A stretch of DNA of 64,000 nt from Dicyema japonicum (lineage: Eukaryota > Animalia > Dicyemida). The position numbers and the translations under genes are program-made. The stretch lies in the NCBI GenBank assembly GCA_011109175.1, contig RDEW01000033.1, positions 434,001 through 498,000 on the forward strand. Reading direction: 5' to 3'. Below, piece by piece: positions 23,785 to 37,110 of this stretch. Under the pieces are notes generated by a model. It was not told where the DNA came from, did no database searches, and saw only the letters and a list, made by a program, of their open reading frames with translations. The first letter of the stretch is position 1; every line of letters begins with the position of its first letter.

Positions 23785-24400
23785 ATGGGTTGGTGTGTTG
23801 TAGTTATGTTTAGGAATTTCAAGAGACTCACAACATAAACGAAGAAAGACAGGCGGACGAATGCCTGTATTCAGGAAGAAGAGGAAATTCGATATGGGTC
23901 GTCAGCCAGCGAATACAAAACTATCAACTAAAGAAGTAGTTAGACCAGTGCGTTGTCGTGGAGGAAACAAGAAATATAGAGCATTGAGGTTGTCTTCAGG
24001 AAGTTTCTCATGGCCATCGGAAGGATTTACAAAGCGTACTAGAATAAATGATGTGGTGTACAACTGTACATCCAACGAACTGCTTAGAACAAAGACTATA
24101 GTGAAGGGGTGTATTCTAAGTATTGACTGTGCTCCATTTCGTACTTTGTATGAGAATTACTATGGAGTAATCCTTCCAAGGAAGAAGGGAGATCAGATGA
24201 CTGACAAAGTTGGTGATATTTCAACTTCTTTATTGGATCAGTTTGTGAGTGGAAAGTTATTGGGTTATATTCTATAATTATTTGTAGCTATTGTTACTTC
24301 TCGGCCAGGACAACATGGTCGTTGTGATGGGTACATTCTTGAGGGTTCAGAGTTGGACTTTTATATTAAGAAACTTAAGGCCAAGAAGGGTCATGCTTAA
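23785..24400 (+). CDS. RPS8: 40S ribosomal protein S8 (eS8), about 188 aa
   Basis: MG|[14 protein letters not shown]...[12 protein letters not shown]...[16 protein letters not shown]; introns 23789-23813 (25 nt) and 24264-24287 (24 nt); TAA at 24398-24400. Confidence 0.97.
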
Positions 24401-24449
24401 TATTTGTTCCTTATTTGATGATTTGTTTTCCCAATTGTTTCTTATTACT

Positions 24450-25500
24450 ATTGATTTCTTTTAGTCTTGTTAGGACACACTGATCATCAGAAGCTAACGG
24501 CTTTTAAAGGACCTTACTCAGTTTCCAGAGGTTCCCAAAGTCTTTGAGTAAGAGGGGCCAAGGATAGAGGATTCTCTTAAAGGTGGGATATACTTTGATC
24601 TGGGTGAGTGGTTCATGAATCTAAGGAGCTAATATGGGAGAACAGTGTATTTCCCTTCCTATAGGTTGATCGGTGGAGAAAATAAATATCTCACGATTTA
24701 CTGAGTAAATCCCACAATCGGAGATGTGAGAGTGGATAGCTTTTGGCTCCGGAGTCTCGGCAAGTAAAAGAGTTTGGAGTAGTTGGTTATACTGTTGGGT
24801 ATTTTTTGAGATGGATTGGACAAGCCATATGTTTTTCCATGAATTGAAAGCAAGCTATTGGAGATGGTTTGAGATCTGAAAACTTGTGATTTTCAATAAA
24901 GTAATCGATTTGAATGTACAAAGCACAATTAGTCCTTGGGAGATATTTTTGGTTAGTTGTAGGTAAATAACATAAGAAAGTGATCTATGATGGAGAAGCA
25001 TAATGTTTTGATCTATTTGGCGGAGATATTGAAGCGTAAAAAAATTTACCAGCGTAGGAAATATACCTCCTGGGTGATGTATTGTTTGTTCCTCTTGATG
25101 TATAAACCTATGAATCTCTTAGACATTTGTTTTACGCTCTCTTCAAAAGACTTAGCCAGCTTAGAGAATCTTTGAGAACTATGCAGTTTATTCGAGTAGA
25201 TTTTTCTACCAGTCCAAAGAGTATAGCCATGAAGTTAGGGCTGCGGTTCTTAAACTCAACTTTATCTTGAGAAAGGCGCCGAGTTTATCCGTCTCTCAAT
25301 AACCTCTTTATTCAGCCGCGTGAATTGTAGATTGAACGTGTGACATCCTGGTGGTCAACGAGACCAAGGTGAAAAAGACCAACACTACTTTGCTGCATGG
25401 ATTCAATTCTATATATATACCGTGGGTAGAAGGTGCTGAGGCTGTCACTGGAACAACATTGTTTTACAATAATGACTAGGGTAATGACTAGGGCAAACAT
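24450..25500 (-). CDS. Possible orphan secreted-protein gene; exon structure unresolved
   Basis: Signal-peptide-like start MFALVITLVIIVKQCCSS at 25500 and a ~79-codon stop-free stretch near 24620-24860; no recognised homology. Confidence 0.25.
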
Positions 25501-25849
25501 TTTTTAACCTTAAAATTTTTGAGATTGATGGATTGGACACTTGTAAAATATAAATACGAAACAATAAAAGACAAATGTTGGTTTAAAGACTATTTATTGA
25601 AAATGGACATTACGTAGTTTTCCAGATTTCATGTACAAAAGTTTCTGTTTGTCCTCAAAAAACTCTTGAATTGCGAAAAACATCTTTCGACAGATGCCGA
25701 GGATGGTTAATAATATAGAAAGAACGAATAATCTTCAGGAAAGACATTTTTACATTCCATATTAATAATTTTAGTTAGGTCGCTTTCCAAAATTCTCTTC
25801 TCCAAATATTTTGACCCCTGTTTCATCTTTCCCAAAATTTATTGCACTA

Positions 25850-27010
25850 AAAAGAAAAATTGCTGTTGCATCCTCTTGCATTGCGGCCATTTTGTTGCCT
25901 GGGGAAACAACAGCTCATTCTCGGTTTAAAATACCAATTTAAAATTTTTGACAATTCTAATTACCATATTCCTTAAGATTCCAACATTGCAAAATTGTCC
26001 AGAGGCGTATGAGACGAACTCCTATGTCCTATTTTTAGAAAAGAGTGTTTTGAAGCGGTGGATAGAATCCTCCGGATTTCAATAATTGTAGTTGTTTTTT
26101 GGAGGATTTTTAACCGTGTTATGTGGTGATTTCCGTCAAATTTTTCCAATCGTGAAGAGAGGCATAAATGCTTATGTTATCAATGTCTGCATTAAAAAAT
26201 CATATTTATGGAGACACATGAAGAAATTTGAGTTAATTATAAATATGCGAATTTTGGATGCCTCTCTTCTACATTCAGAATTTTTATTGCGTGTTGGGGA
26301 AAATAAAATACCCAAGGACAATAATCAGAATAAAACGTTGCCTCCAGAGTACATTTTACCGCTTGGTTCGAGAGTTGAATATCTCTCATATATTTATCCT
26401 GATTTTTTTCATCCACTTTCCCTATTTGCTAATAATTGTATATTAGTAACAGATAATGAAGTGGTCCGAGAAATCAATAGTTTATGCATCAAACGATTCC
26501 CGGTTTTCAACCCGGAAAATTTTTGCAATCTGTTGAAATATCGGGACTTCCAGATCATCAATTAGAATTAAAGATTGGTTGTCCAATCATGTTGATGAAA
26601 AATTTGCAACCTCCCAAACTATGTTTAGTCGTGATTGAGTTGCACAAGAATTTGCTTGTTGGAAAAATACTTTTTGGTCAATTAAAAGGCGAAGTAGTAA
26701 TGATTCCAAGAATAAAAATCTGTTTGGAAGAGAAAGAGAGCATACCGTTAGAAAAAACGCAATTTCCAGTGAAAATATGTTTCGATGTGACTATACACAA
26801 AGCCCAAGGACAGACGATGAACAAGGTGTTGGTGCTTTTGGAAAGACCTGTGTTTAACACGGACAACTCTACGATGCTTTGAGAAAGGGAACATTTAAAG
26901 AGAATGTGAAATAACTTAATTATGTTTTATGTTAAGTAAAAGTCGTGGTGAATACAGCCGGTAAAACAAAACAATTGTTTTGGAAGGTGTTCTCAGATAT
27001 GATTAGGGCA
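25850..27010 (+). mobile_element. Helitron-type PIF1 helicase remnant
   Basis: IAVASSCIAAILLPG.TAHSRFKIP, FGG..VLCGDFRQIFP, LKIGCPIMLMKNL and FPVKICFDVTIHKAQGQT motifs; frameshifted; no Rep domain seen. Confidence 0.85.
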
Positions 27011-27279
27011 ACCATAAAATTGCAACTTTTAAAATATAAATTGCAACAGAAAATTGCTTTAATTGCAAAAAAATTGCATTGCTGAAAAATATACGAAATC
27101 ATTTATTGTACAGTGAAGTTTCTTAAATTTGCTCAAAATTGTTTCTGAACTATTTTTGGACAGTTTGGGAATTAAAAAAAAATTTTATTTAAAAAACCAT
27201 TAAAGCAAAATATTATTTTTATCAAAATAATCAGTTTATCTGCATTGACTAACTTTACACGATATGGTTTCTCGCACAG

Positions 27280-28293
27280 GCCGCGACACATGAAGACTGT
27301 AATTTGCTCCATAGACGTTTACAAATCTTTCGACTCTGTCAAGGAGGATTTTTACTTGGAAAATTTACTAATCAAAGATCCCTGGAAAGCTCAAACTCTG
27401 GCTAGCTAATTTCCTTAGTGGTCGGAGGGGATGCGTCTGCATTGGCCAGTCAAGGTCTATTTCACGGCTTTTCCCTAATGGAGTTCACCAAAGATTCCCT
27501 TTGTCTCCAGTTTTATTCAAACTATTCATGGCGGATCTCTCCACTCCAGAAATCGAAAATGATATTATTCTAACTTTTGCCGACGACATCGTCATTGCGT
27601 CACGCGATCAGGACATCCAGATTGCCACTTCGAAATTGCAAGAAAATCTGGACCATCTTGACGAATGGCTATCGATGAATCGCCTAACTGGCAGCAGTGA
27701 AAAGTCCGTCACAACCCTAATTACTTCAGACAAGAGACTGGGAAAACGGTCGAACTGAAGGCAAACAATGAAGCTATTCCTTTTAGAAAATCCCAAAGGA
27801 TCCTTGGGATGACTTTTGACATGCATATGTCATTTTATCTCCATGTTGAAAACGTAATTACGAAATGCGAACAGAAAACTAATGTCCTGAAATGCCTCAC
27901 AGGCTTATGAAGGATCAAAAAGCATTCTGTTTTGAGCACTTTATATAAACAATTCATCGAACCATTCATCTCTTATGCATGTGGCATATGAGGCCCATTC
28001 ATCTCTTAGACGAATGTCTTGAAGATCGAGGCTAGCCGGAAAAAGAGGTCCCAAAATCAAGGAACGCTAGATTTCTGGAGAACTCCAGCCACCAATGTTT
28101 CTTGAAGCCTTGATTAGAATGAACCATAAAACTTGCCGTCGTGACTGCGAAGGTCCAGTCACTTGACCAATAAATGCTTGTGTAGAAAAGAGGGATGAGC
28201 ATCGGGCCCAGATGAGGTCATTACTATTACGTGCTGGGATCACGAGATTAGTTAGTTTGTGTAACCGTGGTCTCTGGTGTTATTATTATTATA
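27280..28293 (+). mobile_element. Jockey/I-like LINE RT and 3' end
   Basis: LSPVLFKLFM, FADD; C-terminus ACVEKRDEHRAQMRSLLLRAGIT and a (TTA)n tail. Confidence 0.9.
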
Positions 28294-28298
28294 AGCCC

Positions 28299-28403
28299 TA
28301 GACGGAATCAACCGGATGGCATAGTGTTAGGTGTCCTGCCTATGCGGAGCTATAAATATCATGGCTCTCGTGAAAAGGCTGTTATTATTATTAGACGGAA
28401 TCA
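28299..28403 (+). mobile_element. 5'-truncated SINE copy (81 bp) with a 12-bp TSD
   Basis: GTGTCCTGCCTATGCGGAGCT...GTGAAAAGGCTG(TTA)n matches 43343-43404; TAGACGGAATCA duplicated at 28299-28310 and 28392-28403. Confidence 0.85.
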
Positions 28404-28589
28404 GTTTATAGTAAAGCCCTGTCTCGTCCATATTGTAAATTTCACCTCCTTTATAAAGTTTGGAAATTTCTTAAAAGTGATCTCAAATCTTTCTAGGTCA
28501 GGTTGTTTGTCAGTTATTATTTTCCCATTCGAAAACCACGTCTTTTTTGAATCTTGTAAAAAATCCTTTAGAAGTCTTGAAATCACTAA

Positions 28590-28860
28590 TTGATAACCTT
28601 TCAGCAATATTTTGTGCTTTATTTGATATTAGTGCCTCATTCGAAAAGCACCTAACATAAACAAATTAAAAATATCCTTAGATTCCATCAAATCCATCCA
28701 TTCTAATATCATAGTATCAAGTTCAGGAAATTTTGACGATTTGCATGTCTTTGTTGAAGGAATATAATTTTTAGATGTTTTTAAAATGGACTCTGGGGAA
28801 TTAAGAATGTTATTCACGGTTTTTTTGAAATTCGAGAATTAAATAAATCAGAAAATATGT
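28590..28860 (-). mobile_element. pogo/Tigger transposase remnant (CENP-B-type HTH)
   Basis: SKFPELDTMILEWM motif. Confidence 0.6.
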
Positions 28861-28899
28861 GAGCGATTTTTTGGTACAATTTAGTTTTATTCTCGTCTT

Positions 28900-29458
28900 T
28901 ATATCTCAAACGTGTGGCCGATTTAAGGGAAGGAATTCACTGTATTAAAATCTGAATCACAGGCTCTAACAAAGATTGTTAATTGTGCAATTCCAACAAC
29001 GTCCACTGTTTCATTGATCGTAATTTAAGAATAATCAAATTTTAAAATTAAGACTTTAATTTGTGTTTCAAATTCAAAGACATTTCATTAATGTGTTCGG
29101 CAACAGTTTTTCTGATTAATGAAATATCTTTAAATGTTGTCTGGACAAATAATTATTGTTGTTTTTACAAGGCATTGCTTGATGAAATCACAGTCGGATA
29201 TGATTTTCCATTCATTGCATGCATTCTGATAACTGTATGATCGATGATTAGATCGGTAGTGCTCATTTAGGTTGTATTCTTTCATTATAGCGATAAACTG
29301 GTTACAATAATGTATTTTTACATCAATTATTAAATTTAAAAAATAACAAAATGATTTTTTGTTTTTTATAGCCATTAAATCGGGCTTCACTTATGCTTGT
29401 TAAGGTCGTATGAGGGCCGCACCTATGCTTGTCGAGGACCGCATGTTTGACACCCCTG
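28900..29458 (-). mobile_element. hAT (SPIN/GTF2IRD2-like) transposon end and N-terminal transposase remnant
   Basis: TIR CAGGGGTGTCAAAC ending at 29458; AIMKEYNL.EHY, FIKQCL...ICP and NETVDVVGIAQLTIFVR motifs; subterminal sequence shared with the MITE at 49522. Confidence 0.8.
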
Positions 29459-29469
29459 CTCTAGCACAA

Positions 29470-31330
29470 AGATATCTGATTTGTTGTCTTGTACTTTTGT
29501 ATTTGTGCTTATTGAATCTCGACTGATTCACTCACAACTACTGATTGCACAGAATGAGTTTTCAGTTACTTGGATTTTTTATTCCGTATTGTCTGCATAA
29601 TGAAAATGTAAGCATCTACAACTTCGTTATGGTCACTATTCGGCAATCGACCACATCTTGTTGCCAAGTGGTTTTCTGGCTGAGTTGCAGTGGCTGCAGC
29701 TGGCCCCAGGATTATCAACGAATAGGTTTATGTCTTGTGATAGACACAACATTCCTTCGCATCAGAAAAGTTATTCTCGTGTGATAGCCAAATGGAAGAC
29801 TCGGTGATGTCGATATTTAAATCACTCAGACAGTGGAATAACACTCTTTGTAGCAGCTTTTTCTGAATTTCTTCAATTAGCCAGTTCTTTTGATGTTCTT
29901 TTAATAGGACGAGACTGAGAATATCAGGCCCTTGAGCTTTATATTTTCTGCATAGAAATTCGGCGATTGTGGCCATGTTTGTTTTCTTTGATTTGATGAC
30001 CCGCAGAATCCCCGTCTCCTCAAACATTAAGTCGACTTCTTTTCAAAGTCTCTTAGGAATTGTATGGGTTATCCATGACCACTTTTGGGTATTTCGCATT
30101 TAAAGCCCTACTCAGTGGGTCCATTATGAGTACAAATATCTGCGGTGACAAAGAGTCACCCTGCAGAATTCTCTTTTTCACTCTGAATTCCCCAATTTGT
30201 TTCCGGTTGAAATTCAATTTAATTTTCTACCTCATGACCAAGGTTCTTTACAATGGTCACAATCCAGTAAGGGAGTCCAGAGATATCGAGTACCCGGTAC
30301 AAAAAGTCATGATCCACCGAATCGAACGTCTATCCAGGCAGTGGCCAAACTATTCCCGTTCTGCCGGTTGATACATCGGTTTAATAGTGCCTGCTCCTTA
30401 GCTCCTTGGCAATCCTTCGTGTTCACGATTGATTTTCTCTGATGGTGTTCCTCAATGTAGTCACTTCGTAACCACTTTTATAAATTGGGAATACACGTAA
30501 TTAGTCTTAGGTTTTTTGGGGTATGGCACAAGTCTTTCTTCTAGATAAGATGTGTGATTCCAGTGTAGAACCACTCATCTGGAGTATACTTTCCGTGTAT
30601 TAACTGAAACCTCTTTACATAGTTGGTCATGAATCGATGTAAATTTTTTGAGGAATAAATTGTTGTATACCCAATCACATCCGCTAGTTCTCCAGCTAGG
30701 GAGATACTTAATCAATTCCAGAATGTTTTTTGCTGAAGTCTGAAAATGTCTGTCCTGTTCCAGTCACTCGTCTGTTCATCGAAAATGTGTTCTCACTGCT
30801 CGGCTGTTCCTTCCAAATGTTCTCCCAAAATAAAAAACACTGGCTTTCGTTGAACAAAAATTGAAAATTCTCTTACTCCTCGTCTAAGCTACGATAAAAA
30901 TATATTCGGTTGAGTTCTAAACATCAATTTTGTCTTCTGAATTCCTTTCTAGATTCATGTATTCAAGTCTTTTCTCCACAATCTTTATGTTATCCTGGAT
31001 ACAAGTGCTGATTCTCCCTAATTCACCTTTCTTTGACTTTCGGTATCCATATTGGCTTTATTGGCGAAGCACATCCCTCCTTTCATCGTCGTATCTTTGG
31101 TTTCCTCTCAGTCCAGTATTCTCTGTTCGGCTCTTCGGTAGAGAATTTGGATCAATTTTTTGTACTCTGAACAGCCCTCATTGGTTTGTTCATCCGGTTC
31201 ATACACAGGAAGGTCCGCAGGATTATTATTGGAAACAATCGTGTTCATCACCACAAGAATTAATTATTTAGGCTTGCATATTAGTACTTTTCAATAAGGT
31301 TAAAGTCTTAAGATTTGTTAGTGTAGATCG
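29470..31330 (-). mobile_element. RLE-type (R4/NeSL-like) non-LTR retrotransposon, degenerate
   Basis: LFHCL...SSIWLSHENN, HLATRC...HNEVV and KSK.LKTHSVQ; same family as 19640-20215. Left boundary is well supported, right boundary approximate. Confidence 0.75.
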
Positions 31331-31624
31331 GTTATATACTCAAATTATCTTGTCTCATGAGTTTTTAACATACTTAGACTGTTCTCTCTTAGATTAACTA
31401 TAAATATTTGAAAATACCAATAAACTCTTATTTATAGACAATTTATATCTCTTTTCATAAAAGATTTTCTCTTTTTAGTGACTTGTATGGGCTTCTGATG
31501 ATGGATCTATTACTGATGGCCAGAATCACAGAGAGGTTTCATATGAAGACAAAAAGGACATGTACACACATTAACTATATACAGAATACGACTAATATAA
31601 CAAATAACATAGACAATATCAAAT

Positions 31625-33765
31625 CTAACGTAATCCAGTTTCCCCCATATAACATTCAATATAAGCACTCATATCAGACTTTTTAACCCCCTCAAGTTAC
31701 AATGCAAAATACCTTCATATCTAGTATCCGTTCAAAATGGTGAACACTCGGAGAATCACAATGCTGAAGATAGGAATGCACAAACTCTGGAATATCTGAC
31801 TCTCCTGAGCTCATAATAATCTTAAGAATTAACTCAGCCCGATTCATCTCATCGTTCACAGCCTTGCTATAACTGTATGTGCTTACACAGTATCACCTTG
31901 TTGGTGGAGACCGAATATTAGAAGATCCAGCCACAGGAAGATTCTGGAGGCACATTTTGATGGAGTAAGTGTCCAAGAGGAGCTGTTCTGCAGCCAGAGG
32001 GACTACCTGTCGGCATTTCATCAAAGATTCCAAGTATTCCTCAACAAATACACTAAAATTGACAAAACCCGACCAACTCAAGAAAATGACGACAAAATGA
32101 AATGAAATTATCTCAGATTATGAGAAAGATGAACCCTTACAGACGGAATCCACCCTTCCATAGCATCACTAATAGCACTGATATATCCACCTTCGTTTCC
32201 CGTAGTAACCACGTTCTGCCACGAGAACTTTGACATTGTCTTCAAATGAGGACGACAGAGACCGATCAGATCATCACACAGTACATTTATAGCGTTAGTG
32301 AGAACACTTAAATTACCAAAATTATACCCCTTGAAGGGATTCTCTGTCTTGGAGGACTCTGGGTGTCGACTTATCAACTGGAAGGCCGATTCGGTACAAA
32401 ATCCAGCGGTGGAGATCACAACACAGATCTCTTCGATGTCAGAAACCGTTAATCTCTTAGAAGACTGGAAAAACTGAGACTTTTGATCAGAAGTGACCCT
32501 CGAGAGGGTCTGATTGAGCACGTGCTCTGCATAATCGTTCAGGAATTTGTAGATATATGAAAATCCCAGTCCTAAATGAGCAGACTCGTCCACAGATCCA
32601 CCAAGAACAAAAAACAGTTGGACAGCACTGGATAGCACGTGGGTATCATCCATAGTGGCGTCCTCCTCACTGTGAGTTAGATCTCTTAGGTTGTTCTCCA
32701 GAGCAGTTTTGTACACACCCACATGGGGACGGAAGCAAGAAGTGATTATTCCATTAAAAGAACCCCCTTCCAACAGATTCTCTGCAGACAATCGGGTTTG
32801 CAACAAATTTTCAAACTGTGTAAGCTTTCTGATAGCCATTAAGATATCCTCTCCACTAATTTCTAGGCCTTCTATGTCGTCAGTGAGTCCGTTTCTAAAT
32901 TCCCAACATAACCGAATTGCCAGTCGCTCAGACAGTTCCCATTCGTCTGGAAAAACTCCCCCAAACTGGTTCTCAAATTCAGAAAGCATCCGTTTAATGT
33001 ATTTTATCCTTAAAGTGACCACATGCAGCCATCCATCCTGCATGGAAACAAATATCTGAGCAAAATGATCACAGATCCATCCAACGAGAGGCTCAATATA
33101 GTCGTTTCCCAGCTCAGTCAAAGTAGTAGAGGCCTCAGCCAACATAGGGAGAGTTATTGACAAATCATCCTTAGCTGCGTATTCTATGACTGACTTAAAG
33201 TCCGAGTAGATCTTCTCAGCCAATAATTTATGGGTCTCTTCGAACTTGGACAGCAAAGACTGCACGTGAGTGTTCTTATATACAGAAAGTTTATTGGCAA
33301 GAACAGAAAGAGCGTGTACCATATGGGAGGCATCACTGTATTGTCTTGAGTCAGTGAAGAGTTCAAGTGACTGAATCCCCTGCATCAGCATGTGCACCTG
33401 AGTGAGAGTAGAGATGGACTCTGACAAGTTAGCCTTTCCCACATTCCACTTTCGAATGTCCCCTCTGATCTCCTCTCTTGTTTTAATCTCTTTTATGCGG
33501 ACTAGCAACTCCCTTATGTTGTTGTTAGTGATCTGCCAGTTACATGGGGTCTCTGCACAAACACACTGCAAATTTGCTTGTCTACGGTTTGGATTCTCTT
33601 CTCTACTTTGCTTATAACACTGTCCAGTTTGTTGAGCGACTCTTCATTTGGAAAGAGTTCATTTATGTAGGAGATTACATCAAAATCACTTCGTTCTAGT
33701 GGATCTTCAGGGGTTTGACTTGTAATGTCGCTTACAAGTAGGTTTATTGGGTCGTCTGAGTTCAT
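31625..33765 (-). CDS. VPS53: GARP/EARP complex subunit Vps53
   Basis: DPLERSDFDVISYINELFPNEESL, AEQLLLDTYSIK, RAELILKIIM and ILDMKG. Introns 32053-32077 (25 nt), 31873-31896 (24), 31691-31712 (22, GAG acceptor). Two frame discontinuities (~33520-33560 and 32108) need a 1-nt correction or an extra intron. Confidence 0.92.
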
Positions 33766-33949
33766 TAACACATTGAAGATTTAAAATTTTAAATATTATT
33801 TTATATTTTATTAATTTTATAAAAATATTTGTTAAACGATGAGTTTTTATAATCTGAAAGAATATTTGTGAAAAAAATGTGTATTGAGAAGGCTGTCTCC
33901 TCCAACAATTTTGAAGACCGGATACGTCTACTCTACTTCTCCCCAAGTA

Positions 33950-35340
33950 CGCTTAACATATTTCCCAGCAGAGGAAAAGATAAGCCACTAACACCCGCCG
34001 TAAAAGAAAACATCAATAAGTTTTTCTTATAAGATCACAAGAGTTTCATAAATGAACACCAATACATAAAAAATATATGGGAATCATCGAAGGCGTCAGA
34101 TATTACTTAATACACTGCAAACTGTTGGGAAATCTATCTCCAACGGTTCGAAAAAAATTGATAATGCTCTTTTCTTTTTCTGTACTAGTTCTTGCGTTAG
34201 AGTAAAGTCTGTTTTTTACTGTCTCGTGTATTAAAGGCATGTGTGGTTATAGAATCCTGGGAATCCTTACGTGAAGAATTATTTTTTCTCGTGAACTTTA
34301 ATCCAAACTTTTTTTATTGAAAGAACAATTGTGGTACTTGAGTAGAGTTATTCACGGATTGTGAGGATATTGATGGAGAGTTTACAATTTTTTATTCAAA
34401 TTGAGTCCACAGATTTCCAGCCAGACCTTCGATCTTTCCGAAAAAGTACTAGTAATAAATTAAACCCGCTCTGTTGTCCAGTCTGGCACTATATTGGTGG
34501 CTATAATCCTTGATCTCGTGAACTTGATGTTTTCGGATAATGTGTCTGATTTTGGTCGTAGTCTTCTTTTCCCGTAAAAGACAGTGGAATTTAGCCTATT
34601 GCTGTTGGTAACATTTTGGCCAGTCGACTTGTTGGAAACATTTCGACCGATTTGTAGTCTTCATAGCTGGGTGTCAGAGTCAAGGACGGCAGTGAGGGTG
34701 ATTCATTGGCTTGTGTCTTTCCCTGCTATCGTACACTGCTTTAAGTGCTTTCTTATTCTCTTAATTTATCCATGCCATTGATGGATACAATCCTCAACTT
34801 ATATTACAGACATAATAGTGCAGAAACAGCTACAGTGCCCAATTTTTTCAACAGGATCGCCGGGATCACGTCTGGCTCACAGGAATGCGTGTTCTTTGAA
34901 CGAGAAATTTCCGATGCTACATCTCTCGGTATAAAATGACCTCTTAGATGTTTCTATTTAGTGTTCGATGGAATGTCGACTCTTGTTTGGTTTGTACTTA
35001 TTCTCACACAATACTTCATGAATTTGTTTAGATCCATCTGGTAATCAAATCATCCTTATTCTTACTGTCAGCCTTTTTAATGTTCCGTAACATCTTTCAC
35101 ATCTTTAAAAGTGAACCATTTTTGTTATTGGAAATTTCCTTCTTTGTAAACGTTTTGCACTTTCATAGGGCTCCTCGTTCAGTCCTCGGATTCTGTTAAT
35201 AGCTTCTCTTGTTAGATTCGTCTTACGTTTAAGGCGACTCTGTACGTCCACTTGTCCTGAGGACCCCTTTGAATATTTATGTTTCTGTTGCAACCCTTTA
35301 CCGGCAAAACCATCGCGTCAGCTGTGGAGTGTGCCTCTGT
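33950..35340 (-). mobile_element. Degenerate Jockey/I-like LINE
   Basis: CEPDVIPAILLKKLGTVAV (the GPDGIP region) and downstream RT-like segments; many stops. Boundaries approximate. Confidence 0.7.
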
Positions 35341-35448
35341 TGGGTTGTGATTCGCGTTGTTGAAGACCACAGTGTACATAATACAATATGCAGAAAATAA
35401 TAAAACTAGTATATAATAGCAAATTACTACATAATAAAGAAAACATAG

Positions 35449-36528
35449 TTAACCAAGATTACTATAGTAATCCGAAATAAATTCCCTTAATTTCCACAAT
35501 CCATGAATAATAACAAGCTGTAAACAGCATTCTATAATAAATGATCCGAATCCTCTATAAAATCCAGAAAATCCCTCCACTCTGAGTATTGATGTGTAGC
35601 AATCTCTCAGTCCTTCATATTTGTTCCCAATCACCATAACTCCGAGTCCACTAGCATCATCTATTATAGAGCGAGTCCCCTGAAGCACTAATCGTGCAAC
35701 AACTGTCCTCAAAGGGTACAAAAAACAGGATGAAACTGAACTACAGGTGGCAGCTATATTATAGTTTCTAATGTTGTCGTCCACAGTCCTCATAAATTCA
35801 TCATTCTACATAACCACATGCAGCAAACCGAGTCAGATTCTTTGGGTTTAAAGTAGAAGTGTTGGAGTAAATAATATATTGCATTAGTAATTACATCATC
35901 AATAAGACAAAGGGGGACTAGCATATACATTGGGATGACTGAGGAAGACTGGCCTACACCAAAAAGTCTGTTAATGCTGAGAATAAAAGTCTCTGTAACT
36001 CCAGGGGTTATACTGGCTAGTGAACTCTAAACTGTAATTTTACAATGAGTATTACTCTGACTGATGTTATTATTGAGGTTATGTGGAGAGGAATCACCAA
36101 TAGAGATGAGAGTCTTGTATTATTATAATAAATACATCTTATAAATATAAGAATCAATCTTTTTGGAAAATAAAACATCCCTATGTGTTAACCAAACTAA
36201 TACCCACAGCCATACTCTTGAAGAGTTATTTCAGAGAAATACTTGACTGCCTGAGTGAGAAGAGTGCAATGAAATCCCTTCCAGAGACAGTAGATGCTCT
36301 ATAATGAATTATGATAACACCTGGGATGATATTATATTGTAAAAGACAGGAATTACAGAAAATGGAGTTGTATGAAATGTGTATATAGATGAATTAACCT
36401 GGAATGCGGTTATGAAAGTACCTGTGCTTGTCTACAAATGACTGTGAATGGATGAGACACAGACATCTGTGCGAGAGTGCTTTTTTAAATCACTTAAATT
36501 AATACCAAAACAAATTTCCATCAGCCAT
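35449..36528 (-). CDS. SLC25A46: Mitochondrial outer-membrane carrier-family protein SLC25A46-like
   Basis: SHPFTVICRQAQVN...HTTPFSV and LYPLRTVVARLVLQGTRSIID...YEGLRDC...EGFSGFYRGFG; first introns are 26 and 23 nt; middle exons not fully traced. Confidence 0.88.
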
Positions 36529-36895
36529 GCAAATATTTAAATTATTATTTTTATTATTTTTATTTATTTTGGATTTATACATAGTTTTTTTAAATCAGAG
36601 AAAGTGTTAACCTAAAAAATAAAAAAGAGAAAAATGTTAGCGTCTCTCACGATTAGCTGTAAGTTTGAATTCCAACACAGCTATTGTAGGATTGTCATTT
36701 CTTTCAACAATGTGATTAATTTAACTTAGTAGATAGCTTGTCGGCATCTTATAAGGAAGGGTTTTCACAATAGCTGATATGAATGGATCTCACTTTGACC
36801 GTGAGTACTGGATATACCTTAATTATGTATGTCAACTCTTAACCTCTTTCCTGTAATTCAGGGGTATCAGAACCAGAAATTGCATCAATGATAAT

Positions 36896-37110
36896 TAGGG
36901 CGATTTTTTCAATAAAGTCAAAAATTGATATGTTCTTTAAAATTGCTTAAAACTTATTAAAATGTAGTTTTTAGTCCAAAATATTATATTAATCAAAAGT
37001 TATAAAGTCAAAAAAAAGTCAAAATTTTGGGTAGTGTCAAAAAAGGTCAAAATTTAATTTTTTAAGTCAATAAAGTCAAAATTTTTATCAATTTTGATTT
37101 TTCATTTTTT
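36896..37110 (+). mobile_element. MITE-like terminus with TAGGGCGATTTTTT TIR and AAGTCAA subterminal repeats
   Basis: 14-bp TIR at 36896 and multiple AA(A/G)GTCAA repeats; related to 45165-45265. Confidence 0.6.

Noticed and set aside
32100-32115. Euplotes-like programmed +1 frameshift at AGA TAA in VPS53, and +2 at CAC TAA in the RTE
   Set aside because: Deleting one A restores the conserved Tyr (R-Y-F), and the RTE homologues need an extra residue (RH-L). Simple homopolymer indels explain both better, and the other breaks are not at stops.
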